Shown here one piece after another: positions 18,294-27,729 of a DNA stretch of 64,000 nt. The stretch is taken from IMG/VR virus record IMGVR_UViG_3300017780_003104, positions 32,001 through 96,000 of that record. One strand, 5' to 3'. Both the position numbers and the translations under genes were made by a program. Each line of letters opens with the position of its first letter. The stretch's first letter is position 1. Source of the stretch: a virus. Lineage: Duplodnaviria > Caudoviricetes. Under the pieces are notes generated by a model. The model was not told where the DNA came from, made no database searches, and saw only the letters and a list, made by a program, of their open reading frames with translations.

Positions 18294-18662
18294 ATGACGA
18301 TACAAGAAGCATATAATAAGGGACTTGATGTTGCTGAAAATGAAGTATTTGAGAACTTATCAAGTGCTATAGACGGTAATGATATGGGTTCATTTTCTAG
18401 TCCCAAGATGGAAGAATTACGGCAAAAAATATTAAATTTAAAACCTGAATTATTACCCACAAATTATGTATTGGGAACCTTGTTGGGAGACTCTACCACA
18501 TTCCAAGATCTTACAGATTTAGATAAGAAAGTAATCGAGATATTGAAATATATTCGATCACTAGTTGGACCTAAACCTAGAAGCAGGATATCAGTTAAGA
18601 TAAAACAATTACTTACTGAACTTGAGGTTGACATTATACGAAATCATGATAAATTAAATTAA
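18294..18662 (+). CDS. hypothetical protein
   Basis: 122-aa ORF in the replication operon; GGAG upstream. Confidence 0.6.
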   Translation: MTIQEAYNKGLDVAENEVFENLSSAIDGNDMGSFSSPKMEELRQKILNLKPELLPTNYVLGTLLGDSTTFQDLTDLDKKVIEILKYIRSLVGPKPRSRISVKIKQLLTELEVDIIRNHDKLN

Positions 18663-18664
18663 CT

Positions 18665-19006
18665 ATGAAAGAAAAACATACAGTAATAATAGATCAGATC
18701 GGTAGAACCATTCTGGGAGTCGAAACACATCGAAGTGAAACAGAAATTGGATTGTATAATCCAATTATTCTACATTTCCAACCATCACAAAACGGGCAAC
18801 TAGAACTTCAGGTGTTCCCGTTATTCTTCTTTGAACTTCTCGATAAGGATAAGAGAAATACCAATACTTGGGTCTTTAATAGAAATTCAATCGCTATAAG
18901 TGATGTTGAACTGAATGCAGATATCTTATCTCGTTATGCTCAAATCAATACACCACCAGCACCTGTTACCAATAATCCAAAGGTTATTTCGATAGACGAT
19001 TTATGA
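18665..19006 (+). CDS. hypothetical protein (possibly Sm-like beta fold)
   Basis: Beta-rich pattern (IIDQIGRTILG, LYNPIILH, LQVFPL); fold is a guess. Confidence 0.5.
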   Translation: MKEKHTVIIDQIGRTILGVETHRSETEIGLYNPIILHFQPSQNGQLELQVFPLFFFELLDKDKRNTNTWVFNRNSIAISDVELNADILSRYAQINTPPAPVTNNPKVISIDDL

Positions 19007-19311
19007 AAGACACCCAAGATCGGGAATACCCCATAAAAGAGAAATGTCCGGTAGAGACAACTTCTAGTGGTGAGATTATAACCTATTTAGAACGCATCGA
19101 GAAAGAACTTGAGGTTCAGTATCAAGGATTATCACAATTAGAGTCTGAAATTGGACCAATTATTCGTGAACAATATCCATCATGTGATGAAGTTTGTGTT
19201 ACTGGTGATATGCCAGAAACAAAAGTTGGTGTAATATTATCAAAGATTTTATCAAAAATATCAGATAGGAACCATTATATAGACAATTTAATTAACAGAG
19301 TAAGATTATGA
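19003..19311 (+). CDS. hypothetical protein
   Basis: 4-nt overlaps with both neighbours. Confidence 0.55.
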   Translation: MKDTQDREYPIKEKCPVETTSSGEIITYLERIEKELEVQYQGLSQLESEIGPIIREQYPSCDEVCVTGDMPETKVGVILSKILSKISDRNHYIDNLINRVRL

Positions 19312-20537
19312 GTAAGGAAGATAAAGAATTTTTTAAATTAATGGATAGCATCGATGATGTCAATCCATACGCCACATATCTAAGCGAGTCCACATTTTCT
19401 AATGTGGACGAGTGGATTGACACTGGATCTTTAGCTTTAAATGCTATTATTTCTGGTTCAATGTATAAAGGTATTCCAGTGGGACGAGTTGTTCAATTTG
19501 CTGGTCCTTCAATGACAGGTAAAACATTCTTCATTCAGAAGATCATAGCCAATGCCCAAAAGATGGGTAAGTATGTTGTGGTATTTGACAGTGAGAATGC
19601 TATTGATGCAGAAGGTGCCATGGGATTTGGTATCGATCCTACTAAGGTGAAATACGTCCCAACTACTACAATCGAAAATACCCGAAACGCCATCAAGCAG
19701 TTCTTGGAGAAGGTCGCTGCTGCTGGTGCTCAAGGTAAGTTTGTTATCATTGTGGATTCTTTGGCTCAGATGGAATCTGAATTGGGGGAAAAGAGAATGT
19801 CGGAAGATAATAATGCTGCTGACATGGGAACATTCGCTAAGTCTATCAAGTCTTTCTTGAAGACCTGTATTAATTGGGGTAAAATTAGTAAAACTACTAT
19901 TGTTTTCACTAACGAAGTCTATGATAATCCTGCCCAAATGTATCCATCATTGGAGAAAAATATGCCGGGAGGTCGTGCAGCAGTTTATAAACCATCTGTA
20001 ACTGTTCAACTAGCCAGAACACCAACTAAAGTTGATGATGCAACTATTGATAATTCAAAATTAGCTGCTGGACAGAAGAATTTCGGTGGAGTATTCTTGA
20101 GTTGCTTAACTGTTAAAAATCGTTTTGTTAAACAGTTCTTAGAAGTTAAACTTTATCTATCATTCGCTACTGGATTAGACAAATATTATGGTCTTCTCGA
20201 TGTAATGAGAGGTCTTGGTGTTGTTGTCCTTGAAGGTAAGACTTATAAGGATTGGACAGGTGAATCTCTTGGATTTGCTAAAGTTTGGAGAAAGAAAAAG
20301 GATGTTTGGGGTAAACTATTACCTGAATTGGAAAGTAGAATTCAAACAGAATGGAAATACTCAAACGAAGAAGCTCCATTTGAAGATGACGAAGACGATA
20401 CCGAAGAAGAAACTGAGGAAGTCGAAGAAACACCTTTAGAGAAACTTAAGAACACTAAGAAAAAGGTAACTGCTAAACTCGACAAGATCGAAGAAATTGA
20501 AGGTTGTATTGGATTATCTGGAGATGATAATTGCTGA
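19308..20537 (+). CDS. uvsX: RecA-like recombinase
   Basis: IDTGSLALN, FAGPSMTGKT, VFDSENA, IIVDSL, VFTNEVY, PGGRA; acidic tail. Confidence 0.92.
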   Translation: MSKEDKEFFKLMDSIDDVNPYATYLSESTFSNVDEWIDTGSLALNAIISGSMYKGIPVGRVVQFAGPSMTGKTFFIQKIIANAQKMGKYVVVFDSENAIDAEGAMGFGIDPTKVKYVPTTTIENTRNAIKQFLEKVAAAGAQGKFVIIVDSLAQMESELGEKRMSEDNNAADMGTFAKSIKSFLKTCINWGKISKTTIVFTNEVYDNPAQMYPSLEKNMPGGRAAVYKPSVTVQLARTPTKVDDATIDNSKLAAGQKNFGGVFLSCLTVKNRFVKQFLEVKLYLSFATGLDKYYGLLDVMRGLGVVVLEGKTYKDWTGESLGFAKVWRKKKDVWGKLLPELESRIQTEWKYSNEEAPFEDDEDDTEEETEEVEETPLEKLKNTKKKVTAKLDKIEEIEGCIGLSGDDNC

Positions 20538-20555
20538 TTTTCAATTTGAATAATT

Positions 20556-20594
20556 AAAAAAGCCCGAAGGACTTATTCCTTCGGGCTTTTTTTT
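20556..20594. terminator. bidirectional intrinsic terminator
   Basis: AAAAAAGCCCGAAGGA-cttat-TCCTTCGGGCTTTTTTTT between convergent uvsX and 20593..22197. Confidence 0.9.
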
Positions 20595-22197
20595 ATTTAA
20601 TATTTCTACCTTCCCAATAGTTATTGGGTTTTTTAAATCCACGATCTTTGAAATCACCTTTTGGTTTATTTAAATTATCCTTGTGAACTTGCTCCATCAT
20701 ATATTTCATAGTATATGATTCTTTTAATTTTTTAGATTTTGCAGCAATATAGTCGTCTCCGATATCTTCTGGAGATAGATTAAATTTTTTCAGAACATCG
20801 TCATCGTCATTAACTCTTAGACTAGCGGCATAATTTTTCTGTTTATCTTTATTAATCTTACCCCATTTAGCTGTAAATTCTGCGAAATTTCTTCTCAATT
20901 CTGGTAGCATACCCTGATATTCCGAGTAACCGCTTTTCATATATTCCAATTCTTCCTTAGATTTTTCTAATTTATCTTGTAGATTGTTGATGTACCATTG
21001 ATAATATCTATCAAATGAATTCTTTTCCTCTGGTGTTGTTATATATTGTTTCAATATCCCCGAATCATATCCCGGATATTCATCAGTCCCACTTTCGTTG
21101 CTGTTAACACTATTCAATATTAAATTTAATACTGGATGGATTTCATTTGGAGTGTATGACATAACATCATTGATTTCACTTTGGAATTCTTCCATGGGTA
21201 TGCCACTATCTTTCAAATCTGAGAACTGTTCAATTAAATCTTCTATGATTGTATTTCCAGTTTTATCCCTCGGTAGAATTGCTAAAGATGCTATTTCTGC
21301 TTCAGATAATGGTCGCTCAAGCATTTGATTAAATTGTAATGCTTTTAGGAAAATTCCTCGTTGATCCTCATCCTCATTACCCATATCAACGTTAGATTGA
21401 GTTATTCGATCTAAAATCTTTTTAAATATAGATAATTCGTCTAAGGAATTTAAAATATTTTGAATATTTTCAGTGAAATCATTTACAATACCCGAAGGCT
21501 CACTGACTGCTTGACCTTTAGTAGTATCTTTACGTCTTTTATAACCCATTGCTTTATGGATTTTGGTTATAATGTCCTTGATATCCATCTGGGAGGAGTG
21601 AACATCCTCAATAGGAGCACCATATTTTTCTTCTTGCTCCTTCGCCTTATTTATGGAATAACTGGTTTGTCCTGTTCTCCCCGCCCTCATATAATCTGCA
21701 ATTGTTTGGGTATCTAATACTTTGGCTCTAAATTCTGGAGACTTGACATAATCTGGTTGAGTTTCAATGGACTTCATTATGGCTGCACTAAACAATGCAC
21801 CGGGATTCATATATCCATAATTCTTAGATTGATCGTCTAGTGGTATCCCTAATACCTTTTTAGCTAAGTTGGTCAATCCATCCTTACTTCTAACTTTAGA
21901 AAATCCCGATTCTGATTCTACATCGTCATCTATATTTTCCCCCAAATGTTCATTTAACGTATATAGGAAGTATCTTAATACTCTATTTTTATGGACATTT
22001 AATGGTAATCCGGGAACTGTGTTACCTTCCGAATCCTCAATATTTCCATCTCTCATTATTTTACCGACTTGATCAAATAACTGTTTTCCAATAACCCCAT
22101 GTTCACCCAATTTAGTTAATGGGCTAGGTCGAGCCATCTCATTTAATAGTTCTGCTCGTTTGATGAAATAATTGAATCCATATTTAGACATACTCAT
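20593..22197 (-). CDS. hypothetical late protein, probable internal virion protein
   Basis: TAAATA (22203-22208) 5 nt before ATG; N-terminal ELLNEMARP; helical and acidic. Confidence 0.6.
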   Translation of the reverse strand: MSMSKYGFNYFIKRAELLNEMARPSPLTKLGEHGVIGKQLFDQVGKIMRDGNIEDSEGNTVPGLPLNVHKNRVLRYFLYTLNEHLGENIDDDVESESGFSKVRSKDGLTNLAKKVLGIPLDDQSKNYGYMNPGALFSAAIMKSIETQPDYVKSPEFRAKVLDTQTIADYMRAGRTGQTSYSINKAKEQEEKYGAPIEDVHSSQMDIKDIITKIHKAMGYKRRKDTTKGQAVSEPSGIVNDFTENIQNILNSLDELSIFKKILDRITQSNVDMGNEDEDQRGIFLKALQFNQMLERPLSEAEIASLAILPRDKTGNTIIEDLIEQFSDLKDSGIPMEEFQSEINDVMSYTPNEIHPVLNLILNSVNSNESGTDEYPGYDSGILKQYITTPEEKNSFDRYYQWYINNLQDKLEKSKEELEYMKSGYSEYQGMLPELRRNFAEFTAKWGKINKDKQKNYAASLRVNDDDDVLKKFNLSPEDIGDDYIAAKSKKLKESYTMKYMMEQVHKDNLNKPKGDFKDRGFKKPNNYWEGRNIK

Positions 22198-22202
22198 ATG
22201 TT

Positions 22203-22240
22203 TATTTATCGTTTGACAAAAACTTTCGGCATGGTAAGCT
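22203..22240. promoter_or_regulatory. back-to-back late (minus, TAAATA) and early (plus, TTGACA-N16-TAAGCT, TGn-extended) promoters
   Basis: tattta 22203-22208; TTGACA 22213-22218; TAAGCT 22235-22240; ATG 22246. Confidence 0.65.
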
Positions 22241-22245
22241 GAGAA

Positions 22246-22953
22246 ATGGAAATCGAAAACTTCAAATATTGCATCGTTTCGGCGGATTCAAAACCATTAA
22301 TAGGGGAATCTTTGAAAAAATACGATCTTTGGGATAAAGCGGTTCAATATCTTAATAATAACTTGGCGTTATGTCAAATTTATAATTATGAGATAGAGAA
22401 AGCATTAGAAAATGATCTGGATTGTCTAATATTAGTCCACGGTGATGTTATTCTTGAGGAAAACCCTATACCCAAACTTGAAAAGTTATTTGATGATTAT
22501 GATTTGGTTGGAGTTGCTGGGACATCTAAGATCGAGTTGAAGAGTCCCGCATTGTGGCATTTGATGGGTGGTGGGTTCTATGATGGAACTAAACCTAGTA
22601 ATTTACACGGCGCAGTCCAACATATAGTAACGAAATCACCACAATCTGGTGTGGGTATGGTGTATCGAGAAAAGCAATTAACTAATTTTGGATTTTATCC
22701 TCATCGGGCAGTGATGATTGATGGAGTTTTCATGGCACTGAATCGTAAAGCGATGGAGAATATCCAATTTGATAGGTATAATCCTTGTCGTTATCATTTT
22801 TATGACTTGATGGCAAGTCTTGACTTCCATTTATCTGGTGGTAGAGTTGGGGTTGGTGACATTCTAATCACACATGCGTCTCCGGGATTACGAGAATACA
22901 CCGAAGATTGGAAGCGCGGCGAAAAATACTTTTTGAACAAATATGAAAACTAG
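22246..22953 (+). CDS. GT-A fold glycosyltransferase (Glyco_tranf_2_5-like)
   Basis: LCQIYN, LILVHGDV, DLVGVAG, VMIDGVFMALN, YHFYD...ITHASPG. Confidence 0.75.
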   Translation: MEIENFKYCIVSADSKPLIGESLKKYDLWDKAVQYLNNNLALCQIYNYEIEKALENDLDCLILVHGDVILEENPIPKLEKLFDDYDLVGVAGTSKIELKSPALWHLMGGGFYDGTKPSNLHGAVQHIVTKSPQSGVGMVYREKQLTNFGFYPHRAVMIDGVFMALNRKAMENIQFDRYNPCRYHFYDLMASLDFHLSGGRVGVGDILITHASPGLREYTEDWKRGEKYFLNKYEN

Positions 22954-23146
22954 AGTCAGACAATATAAAAATTGGAGAGGTGATGATGAATTTGAGCCTC
23001 AGTGGAAACTTTTATGGTGGCATCCGTATCGATGTAGTTATGATTGTCCAATAAATTTTAAAAGTTTGAAAGAAGCTGAAGAATTTGCGGATAAAGCCGA
23101 AGAATCCCCTAGTGATGCTGATATAATTCATGATAGATTTAACTGA
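22943..23146 (+). CDS. small hypothetical protein
   Basis: 67-aa ORF overlapping both neighbours; phage-typical EPQWKLLWW...FKSLKEAEEF. Confidence 0.5.
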   Translation: MKTRVRQYKNWRGDDEFEPQWKLLWWHPYRCSYDCPINFKSLKEAEEFADKAEESPSDADIIHDRFN

Positions 23147-24440
23147 ATACGAAAAAATAATATGCTATAAGTCGATGACCGACAGCACATACTTGGCATC
23201 TATTGCTGATTATGTGAAGTCTGAATACTTTGAACAGCCAAATATTGCTAATTATTTTCAAATTGTTAAGGACTTTTACGATAAACGTCAAAAGTTACCA
23301 ACGATAACTGAGATTAAGCCCTATTTGACCACTGAAGGTCAGAGAGTTGAATTTAAAAAACTTGTTGAGTCGTTTAAAACGATGGACAAGCTCTACGACC
23401 ACGATGAATTGTATGAAAATACCGAAAGATTTCTAAAAGAACGTGCTACATGGTGTAATATCTTAGATATTGCAGAAAATTCCGAGAAAAAGGTTAAGAA
23501 TCCATCAGAAGTTCTCGAAGCATTTGAAGATATATGTAAAATATGTCTAGATACTGAACGTGGTATTGAACTATTTGAAGATGTCGATAAGCTTATTGAT
23601 GATATTCTAAATGAAGATATATACATATCATCTGGTTGGCAATGGGTCGATGAACATTTGGGGGGCGGTTATAGAGAGGATGGCAAGGCACTTTATGTCT
23701 TTGCTGGACAGGCTAACATCGGTAAGAGCATCTTCCTTGGTAATGTGGCAGCAAACATCGCAGAACAGGGTAAGAACGTTCTTGTGGTGTCTCTGGAGAT
23801 GTCTGAGATGCTTTATGCAAAGCGTATTGCCTCCAATGTGACCAAAATACCTCTAAAAAACTTCAAACAGGATGCCCACACCCTTCGATATGCCTTAAAA
23901 GAAGAAGGTAAAACCAGTGGAAAGCTTTTTATTAAGGAATTTCCCCCTTCTACTATCACACCAAAGAAATTATCAGCATTTATTAAAAAATTAATCGATA
24001 CTGGTGTCCATTTGGATGCCGTGGTGATCGATTATGTATCCTTATTGCATACGGAGAGGGGAGCTAACTCATATGAACGTATTATGTATATATGTGAGCA
24101 AGTTAGAGCAATGTCTTACATCTTTCATTGTCCATTTATAACAGCGATCCAGTTAAATCGAGGAGAATTTGGAAAAGAAAATCCCGGAATGGAGGGAATT
24201 GCTGGCAGTATCGGTGTTGCGGCAACTGCTGATGTAATATGGTCTATTTTTCAATCAGATGAAGATATGGAAATGGGATTAATTAAACTTGGAGTTATGA
24301 AAAACCGATTCGGTCCCCGTGGTATGGTCCAAGCTATGAAAATTCTATACGACACACTTACTATTATACAGTCGGATGAAGAAGAGGAAAGTTTTGCGGA
24401 TGATGATCTATCATTCTTGGAAAAGCTTGCAAAACAATAA
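23130..24440 (+). CDS. gp41: DnaB-like replicative helicase
   Basis: FAGQANIGKS, VSLEMSE, IKEFPP, VVIDY, TAIQLNR, MKNRFG. Confidence 0.93.
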   Translation: MIDLTEYEKIICYKSMTDSTYLASIADYVKSEYFEQPNIANYFQIVKDFYDKRQKLPTITEIKPYLTTEGQRVEFKKLVESFKTMDKLYDHDELYENTERFLKERATWCNILDIAENSEKKVKNPSEVLEAFEDICKICLDTERGIELFEDVDKLIDDILNEDIYISSGWQWVDEHLGGGYREDGKALYVFAGQANIGKSIFLGNVAANIAEQGKNVLVVSLEMSEMLYAKRIASNVTKIPLKNFKQDAHTLRYALKEEGKTSGKLFIKEFPPSTITPKKLSAFIKKLIDTGVHLDAVVIDYVSLLHTERGANSYERIMYICEQVRAMSYIFHCPFITAIQLNRGEFGKENPGMEGIAGSIGVAATADVIWSIFQSDEDMEMGLIKLGVMKNRFGPRGMVQAMKILYDTLTIIQSDEEEESFADDDLSFLEKLAKQ

Positions 24441-24457
24441 TAAAAAGTAATTATAAA

Positions 24458-25309
24458 GTGAGTAAAATTTTTTGCTGGGCTAATTCTGATTTAGATGGAG
24501 CATGTTCTACCATCTTATTAGGGAATATGTTTCCCACGATGGAGTATAAGTCCGTGTTCTTTGGTGATTTCTTGAGCCAATACACTGATTGGGAGTCCGA
24601 TTTAGAGAATTATGACAAGGTTTTCGTCATTGGTATGGTATTAGATCAGTCAATAATCAATAAAATCGATGACCCCCGTGTTGTTTTCGTCTCTGATCGT
24701 GGAGAAAAGCTTAATATCTTTGATTCAACCATGATTTCAGAGGAATATTCTTCATGTTGCAAGCTTTTATATAAAAAGTTTAAGGATAAGTTCGAAATTC
24801 CTACAGATTTAAAGAAATTAATATTATATGTGGATGATTATAACTTTTATTCTCTAAAATATAAGGAATCCGAGTATCTGAACGCAATTTATAGAAATAC
24901 ACGTTATAATCGTTTTAAAGTATTCGTTAATAGGTTCTGGTATGGTTATGACGGTCTTACCGATAAGGAAATGGAGTCTGCTGAAGCATTTTTCAATGCT
25001 ATTGACAACGAATACGCTAATTTGGATCTATATGAGGGAACATTCAAGGATTGGTCGGTGATTGCCACTTTCTCCAAGTTCTCCGTGAACGAAATAGCGA
25101 AGAAACTGATTGACAATCACAAGAAAGATGTCATGATAGTGATCAATCCCGACACACAGTTCGTCTCCTTCCGAAAACCAGAAGGGTCCAAGGCCGATAT
25201 AGCATTTATTGCTGAAAATCTCTGTAGTGGTGGGGGCGGTGAAAGGGCTAGTGGTGGAAAGATCACTCAAAAGTTCTTAGATTTTACAACAAAATTAATA
25301 CAATTATGA
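24458..25309 (+). CDS. DHH/DHHA1-fold protein with degenerate catalytic motifs
   Basis: Motif I SDLDG retained; DHH position reads SDRG; DHHA1 VSFR and GGGGERASGG (no His); GTG start. Confidence 0.7.
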   Translation: MSKIFCWANSDLDGACSTILLGNMFPTMEYKSVFFGDFLSQYTDWESDLENYDKVFVIGMVLDQSIINKIDDPRVVFVSDRGEKLNIFDSTMISEEYSSCCKLLYKKFKDKFEIPTDLKKLILYVDDYNFYSLKYKESEYLNAIYRNTRYNRFKVFVNRFWYGYDGLTDKEMESAEAFFNAIDNEYANLDLYEGTFKDWSVIATFSKFSVNEIAKKLIDNHKKDVMIVINPDTQFVSFRKPEGSKADIAFIAENLCSGGGGERASGGKITQKFLDFTTKLIQL

Positions 25310-25536
25310 AGGACGCACATTTTAATAGAAATTTTATACGTTTTAACCTTCTCAGGCTTAAAACTAATCAACCATATTCATATGAACAATTTCCGGGTGA
25401 GGTAATCCTAAATCTAGATAACATTATGCATATATCGAAAAATAGTGGGGATGATATTTATTGCGTTCATATGGGTAGTTCCTCATCTTATCTTATTGAT
25501 GCGGAACAATATGATAAACTTTGTGAAATGTTATGA
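25306..25536 (+). CDS. hypothetical protein
   Basis: 4-nt overlaps with neighbours. Confidence 0.5.
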   Translation: MKDAHFNRNFIRFNLLRLKTNQPYSYEQFPGEVILNLDNIMHISKNSGDDIYCVHMGSSSSYLIDAEQYDKLCEML

Positions 25537-25805
25537 ACTACGACCCATCAGCGAATCTTATAGACGAGGAATCCACACATTTATTTTTATGTTTCTGCAC
25601 ATTTGTAATGAACGTGAAAGGTAAAAAGCTTTCAATTCAAAATGTGTTCATCCAAACACTTTCCAGTGATAAGTTGAAAACCATTATAAAAGAAATTTTA
25701 AACCTTGACACTGACTATGAACTTGTTAAGGTGTTTTTGGATTTCGATCCGATGATTGCTAAATCGAAATACGTGACCAAATACCTTAATAGTAAGAATA
25801 AATGA
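25533..25805 (+). CDS. hypothetical protein
   Basis: 4-nt overlap with upstream gene; 90 aa. Confidence 0.6.
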   Translation: MNYDPSANLIDEESTHLFLCFCTFVMNVKGKKLSIQNVFIQTLSSDKLKTIIKEILNLDTDYELVKVFLDFDPMIAKSKYVTKYLNSKNK

Positions 25806-25969
25806 GAATTATTAGAAAAACTATTCATAAATTTATACTGTGGTATACTAGATCCTATTCAGGTGGGGATTTCCACACAAATCCATATGGAGTCGATGGA
25901 AGATATATTGTATGTATGAACGAAACACAATATCACGAATATATGAAGATTCATTATGATTTTAAGTGA
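25802..25969 (+). CDS. 55-aa hypothetical protein; missing from the ORF track
   Basis: Manual translation MRIIRKTIHKFILWYTRSYSGGDFHTNPYGVDGRYIVCMNETQYHEYMKIHYDFK*; fills the gap with overlaps on both sides. Confidence 0.5.
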   Translation: MRIIRKTIHKFILWYTRSYSGGDFHTNPYGVDGRYIVCMNETQYHEYMKIHYDFK

Positions 25970-26594
25970 ATTCGAAAAACAAATTTATAATAACCACTTG
26001 GTATCATCTCGAAAGGCCAAGGGAGAAGCTTTTAAACTTAAAAAAGATTTCTCTAATTTAGAAGAGGATAAAGTAGTTTTTTTACAGAAACTTTCAAGAT
26101 TGTTTAATACCTATCCTAATTTAATACAAGAAGATTTTTTCATGGCTCCTCATACACTATATCCTGATGAGTCATACTATCCTTTAGAATTTTATACCAA
26201 ACCGAAGGCGATCAAGTGTTATACACAGTATGTAAAACAATTAGAGATTCAAGATCCAGATTCTGCCGATAGTCTTAGGAGACTAGCTGAAAGTCTCAAA
26301 TTTGTGGTGAAATATTGTATAGAAAATAACTTGCAATTATCGGAATATGAGGTAAATATTGAGAAGTCGATGCCGTGTTTTGTGCAACATTTAAAAGATC
26401 ACAAGATCAATTATTACACACTTCACAGCTTGACTTTCAAAAAACCTCAGATAGAATCACGAATATTGGATTTCATCTTTCCTGATTTTTATGAGGTTTT
26501 TCAGAAATCGAAAAACAAATTCTATTCATCTAAAAAGATGAAGGAATTTGCAAAACAAGCAAGAATAAAACTAGAAAATAAAATAAAACAATGA
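25956..26594 (+). CDS. hypothetical protein, possibly a gp59-like helicase loader
   Basis: Size and position just upstream of gene 32 match T4 gp59; helical and aromatic-rich; no diagnostic motif confirmed. Confidence 0.35.
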   Translation: MILSEFEKQIYNNHLVSSRKAKGEAFKLKKDFSNLEEDKVVFLQKLSRLFNTYPNLIQEDFFMAPHTLYPDESYYPLEFYTKPKAIKCYTQYVKQLEIQDPDSADSLRRLAESLKFVVKYCIENNLQLSEYEVNIEKSMPCFVQHLKDHKINYYTLHSLTFKKPQIESRILDFIFPDFYEVFQKSKNKFYSSKKMKEFAKQARIKLENKIKQ

Positions 26595-26821
26595 GTAATA
26601 AAAATGTAACTGTGTCCCAATCTGGCGGGATAGGATTTTGTGGTATATTGGCTATAATATTCATCCTACTTAAATTATTCGGATTAACTGCTGTGGCAAC
26701 TTGGAGTTGGCTGTGGGTATTATCCCCTCTGTGGCTCCCAATCACAATCGTATTATCAATCTTTTTAATTGGATTGGTTATCGGTTTACTTGGATTATTG
26801 ATTGCGACTAAAATAAAATAA
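26591..26821 (+). CDS. small two-TM membrane protein
   Basis: GIGFCGILAIIFILLKLFG...WSWLWVLSPLWLP hydrophobic pattern common in phages. Confidence 0.7.
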   Translation: MSNKNVTVSQSGGIGFCGILAIIFILLKLFGLTAVATWSWLWVLSPLWLPITIVLSIFLIGLVIGLLGLLIATKIK

Positions 26822-26840
26822 AATAAAATAAACTAAAAAT
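26809..26840 (+). promoter_or_regulatory. (TAAAA)4-TAAAC-TAAAAAT unstructured tract abutting the gene 32 start; putative autogenous operator
   Basis: Read directly upstream of ATG 26841. Confidence 0.45.
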
Positions 26841-27728
26841 ATGACTAAAAAATACAATGCGAGTATGTTTGACAAGATTAAAGATGCTCTTAAGAAGACA
26901 GAAAGAACAACCAGTGGTACATTCACTAATATTATTAAATTCCCAGCAGGGCATACATATACAATTAGATTGATTCCAAATACGGATAATGTAGATGACA
27001 CATTCTTTCATCACTATCTCAATCAGTGGTCTTCTAAGAAGGATGGATCATTCGTATCTGCAATTTCTCTCAAGACATTCGAGGAACGTGATCCAATTAA
27101 TGAAGTTCGTTGGAAGCTTTATAAGGAATGGAAGAGTAGCGAACCTGCAAAGGATGCAAAGTTTGAAAATCCAATCCGTGAGAAGGAAGCATGGTTCGTC
27201 AACGTATATATTGTTGAAGATCCTGCTAATCCAGAAAATAATGGAAAGGTTAAGATCCTTAATATGGGTCCACAACTTAAAGCCATTGTTGATGATGCAA
27301 TGACTGGTGATAGTTCCGATGAATTCGGTGCTGCTATCTTCGATCTGAGTAAAGATGGTGCTGATTTCAAAATCAAGGCTGAAGAACAAGGGGTATTTAC
27401 CACTTACATCAAGTCTCGTTTTTCGAATAAGACTTCATTGGATCTTAGTGATGATGAAATTGATGCTATCTATGAAAATGTTCATGATTTGAAACAAGTT
27501 CATGTAACTAAAACATTTGATGAGCTTCAATCATTATTGGATGAACATTTTTCAGTTGATGAACCAGTGGTTAAACGAGAAGATCGCAAACCACTCCAAC
27601 AGAAGGTGACTAAACCTATTGTTAAACCTGTAGACGAAGATTTGGATGATGAAATCCCAATGTTCCATGGAAAAGATGAACAAGATCCAGATGTAGATGA
27701 ACTTCTAAAAGAATTAGATCTAGATTAA
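26841..27728 (+). CDS. gp32: single-stranded DNA-binding protein (lacks the T4 Zn-binding cysteines)
   Basis: IRLIP, DPINE, WFVNVYIVEDPANPENNGKVKI, GADFKIK, YIKSRF; acidic C-terminal tail. Confidence 0.9.
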   Translation: MTKKYNASMFDKIKDALKKTERTTSGTFTNIIKFPAGHTYTIRLIPNTDNVDDTFFHHYLNQWSSKKDGSFVSAISLKTFEERDPINEVRWKLYKEWKSSEPAKDAKFENPIREKEAWFVNVYIVEDPANPENNGKVKILNMGPQLKAIVDDAMTGDSSDEFGAAIFDLSKDGADFKIKAEEQGVFTTYIKSRFSNKTSLDLSDDEIDAIYENVHDLKQVHVTKTFDELQSLLDEHFSVDEPVVKREDRKPLQQKVTKPIVKPVDEDLDDEIPMFHGKDEQDPDVDELLKELDLD

Positions 27729-27729
27729 T

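Noticed and set aside
18266-18316. 16-codon mini-ORF MNDLNWREYNDDTRSI overlapping the start of 18294..18662
   Set aside because: Too short to support, and 18294 has its own GGAG; no evidence for a frameshift.
15693-24440. Inteins or introns in gp43, uvsX and gp41 (and the visible part of gp17)
   Set aside because: Lengths are normal, motifs are contiguous, and no intein or homing-endonuclease insert is seen.
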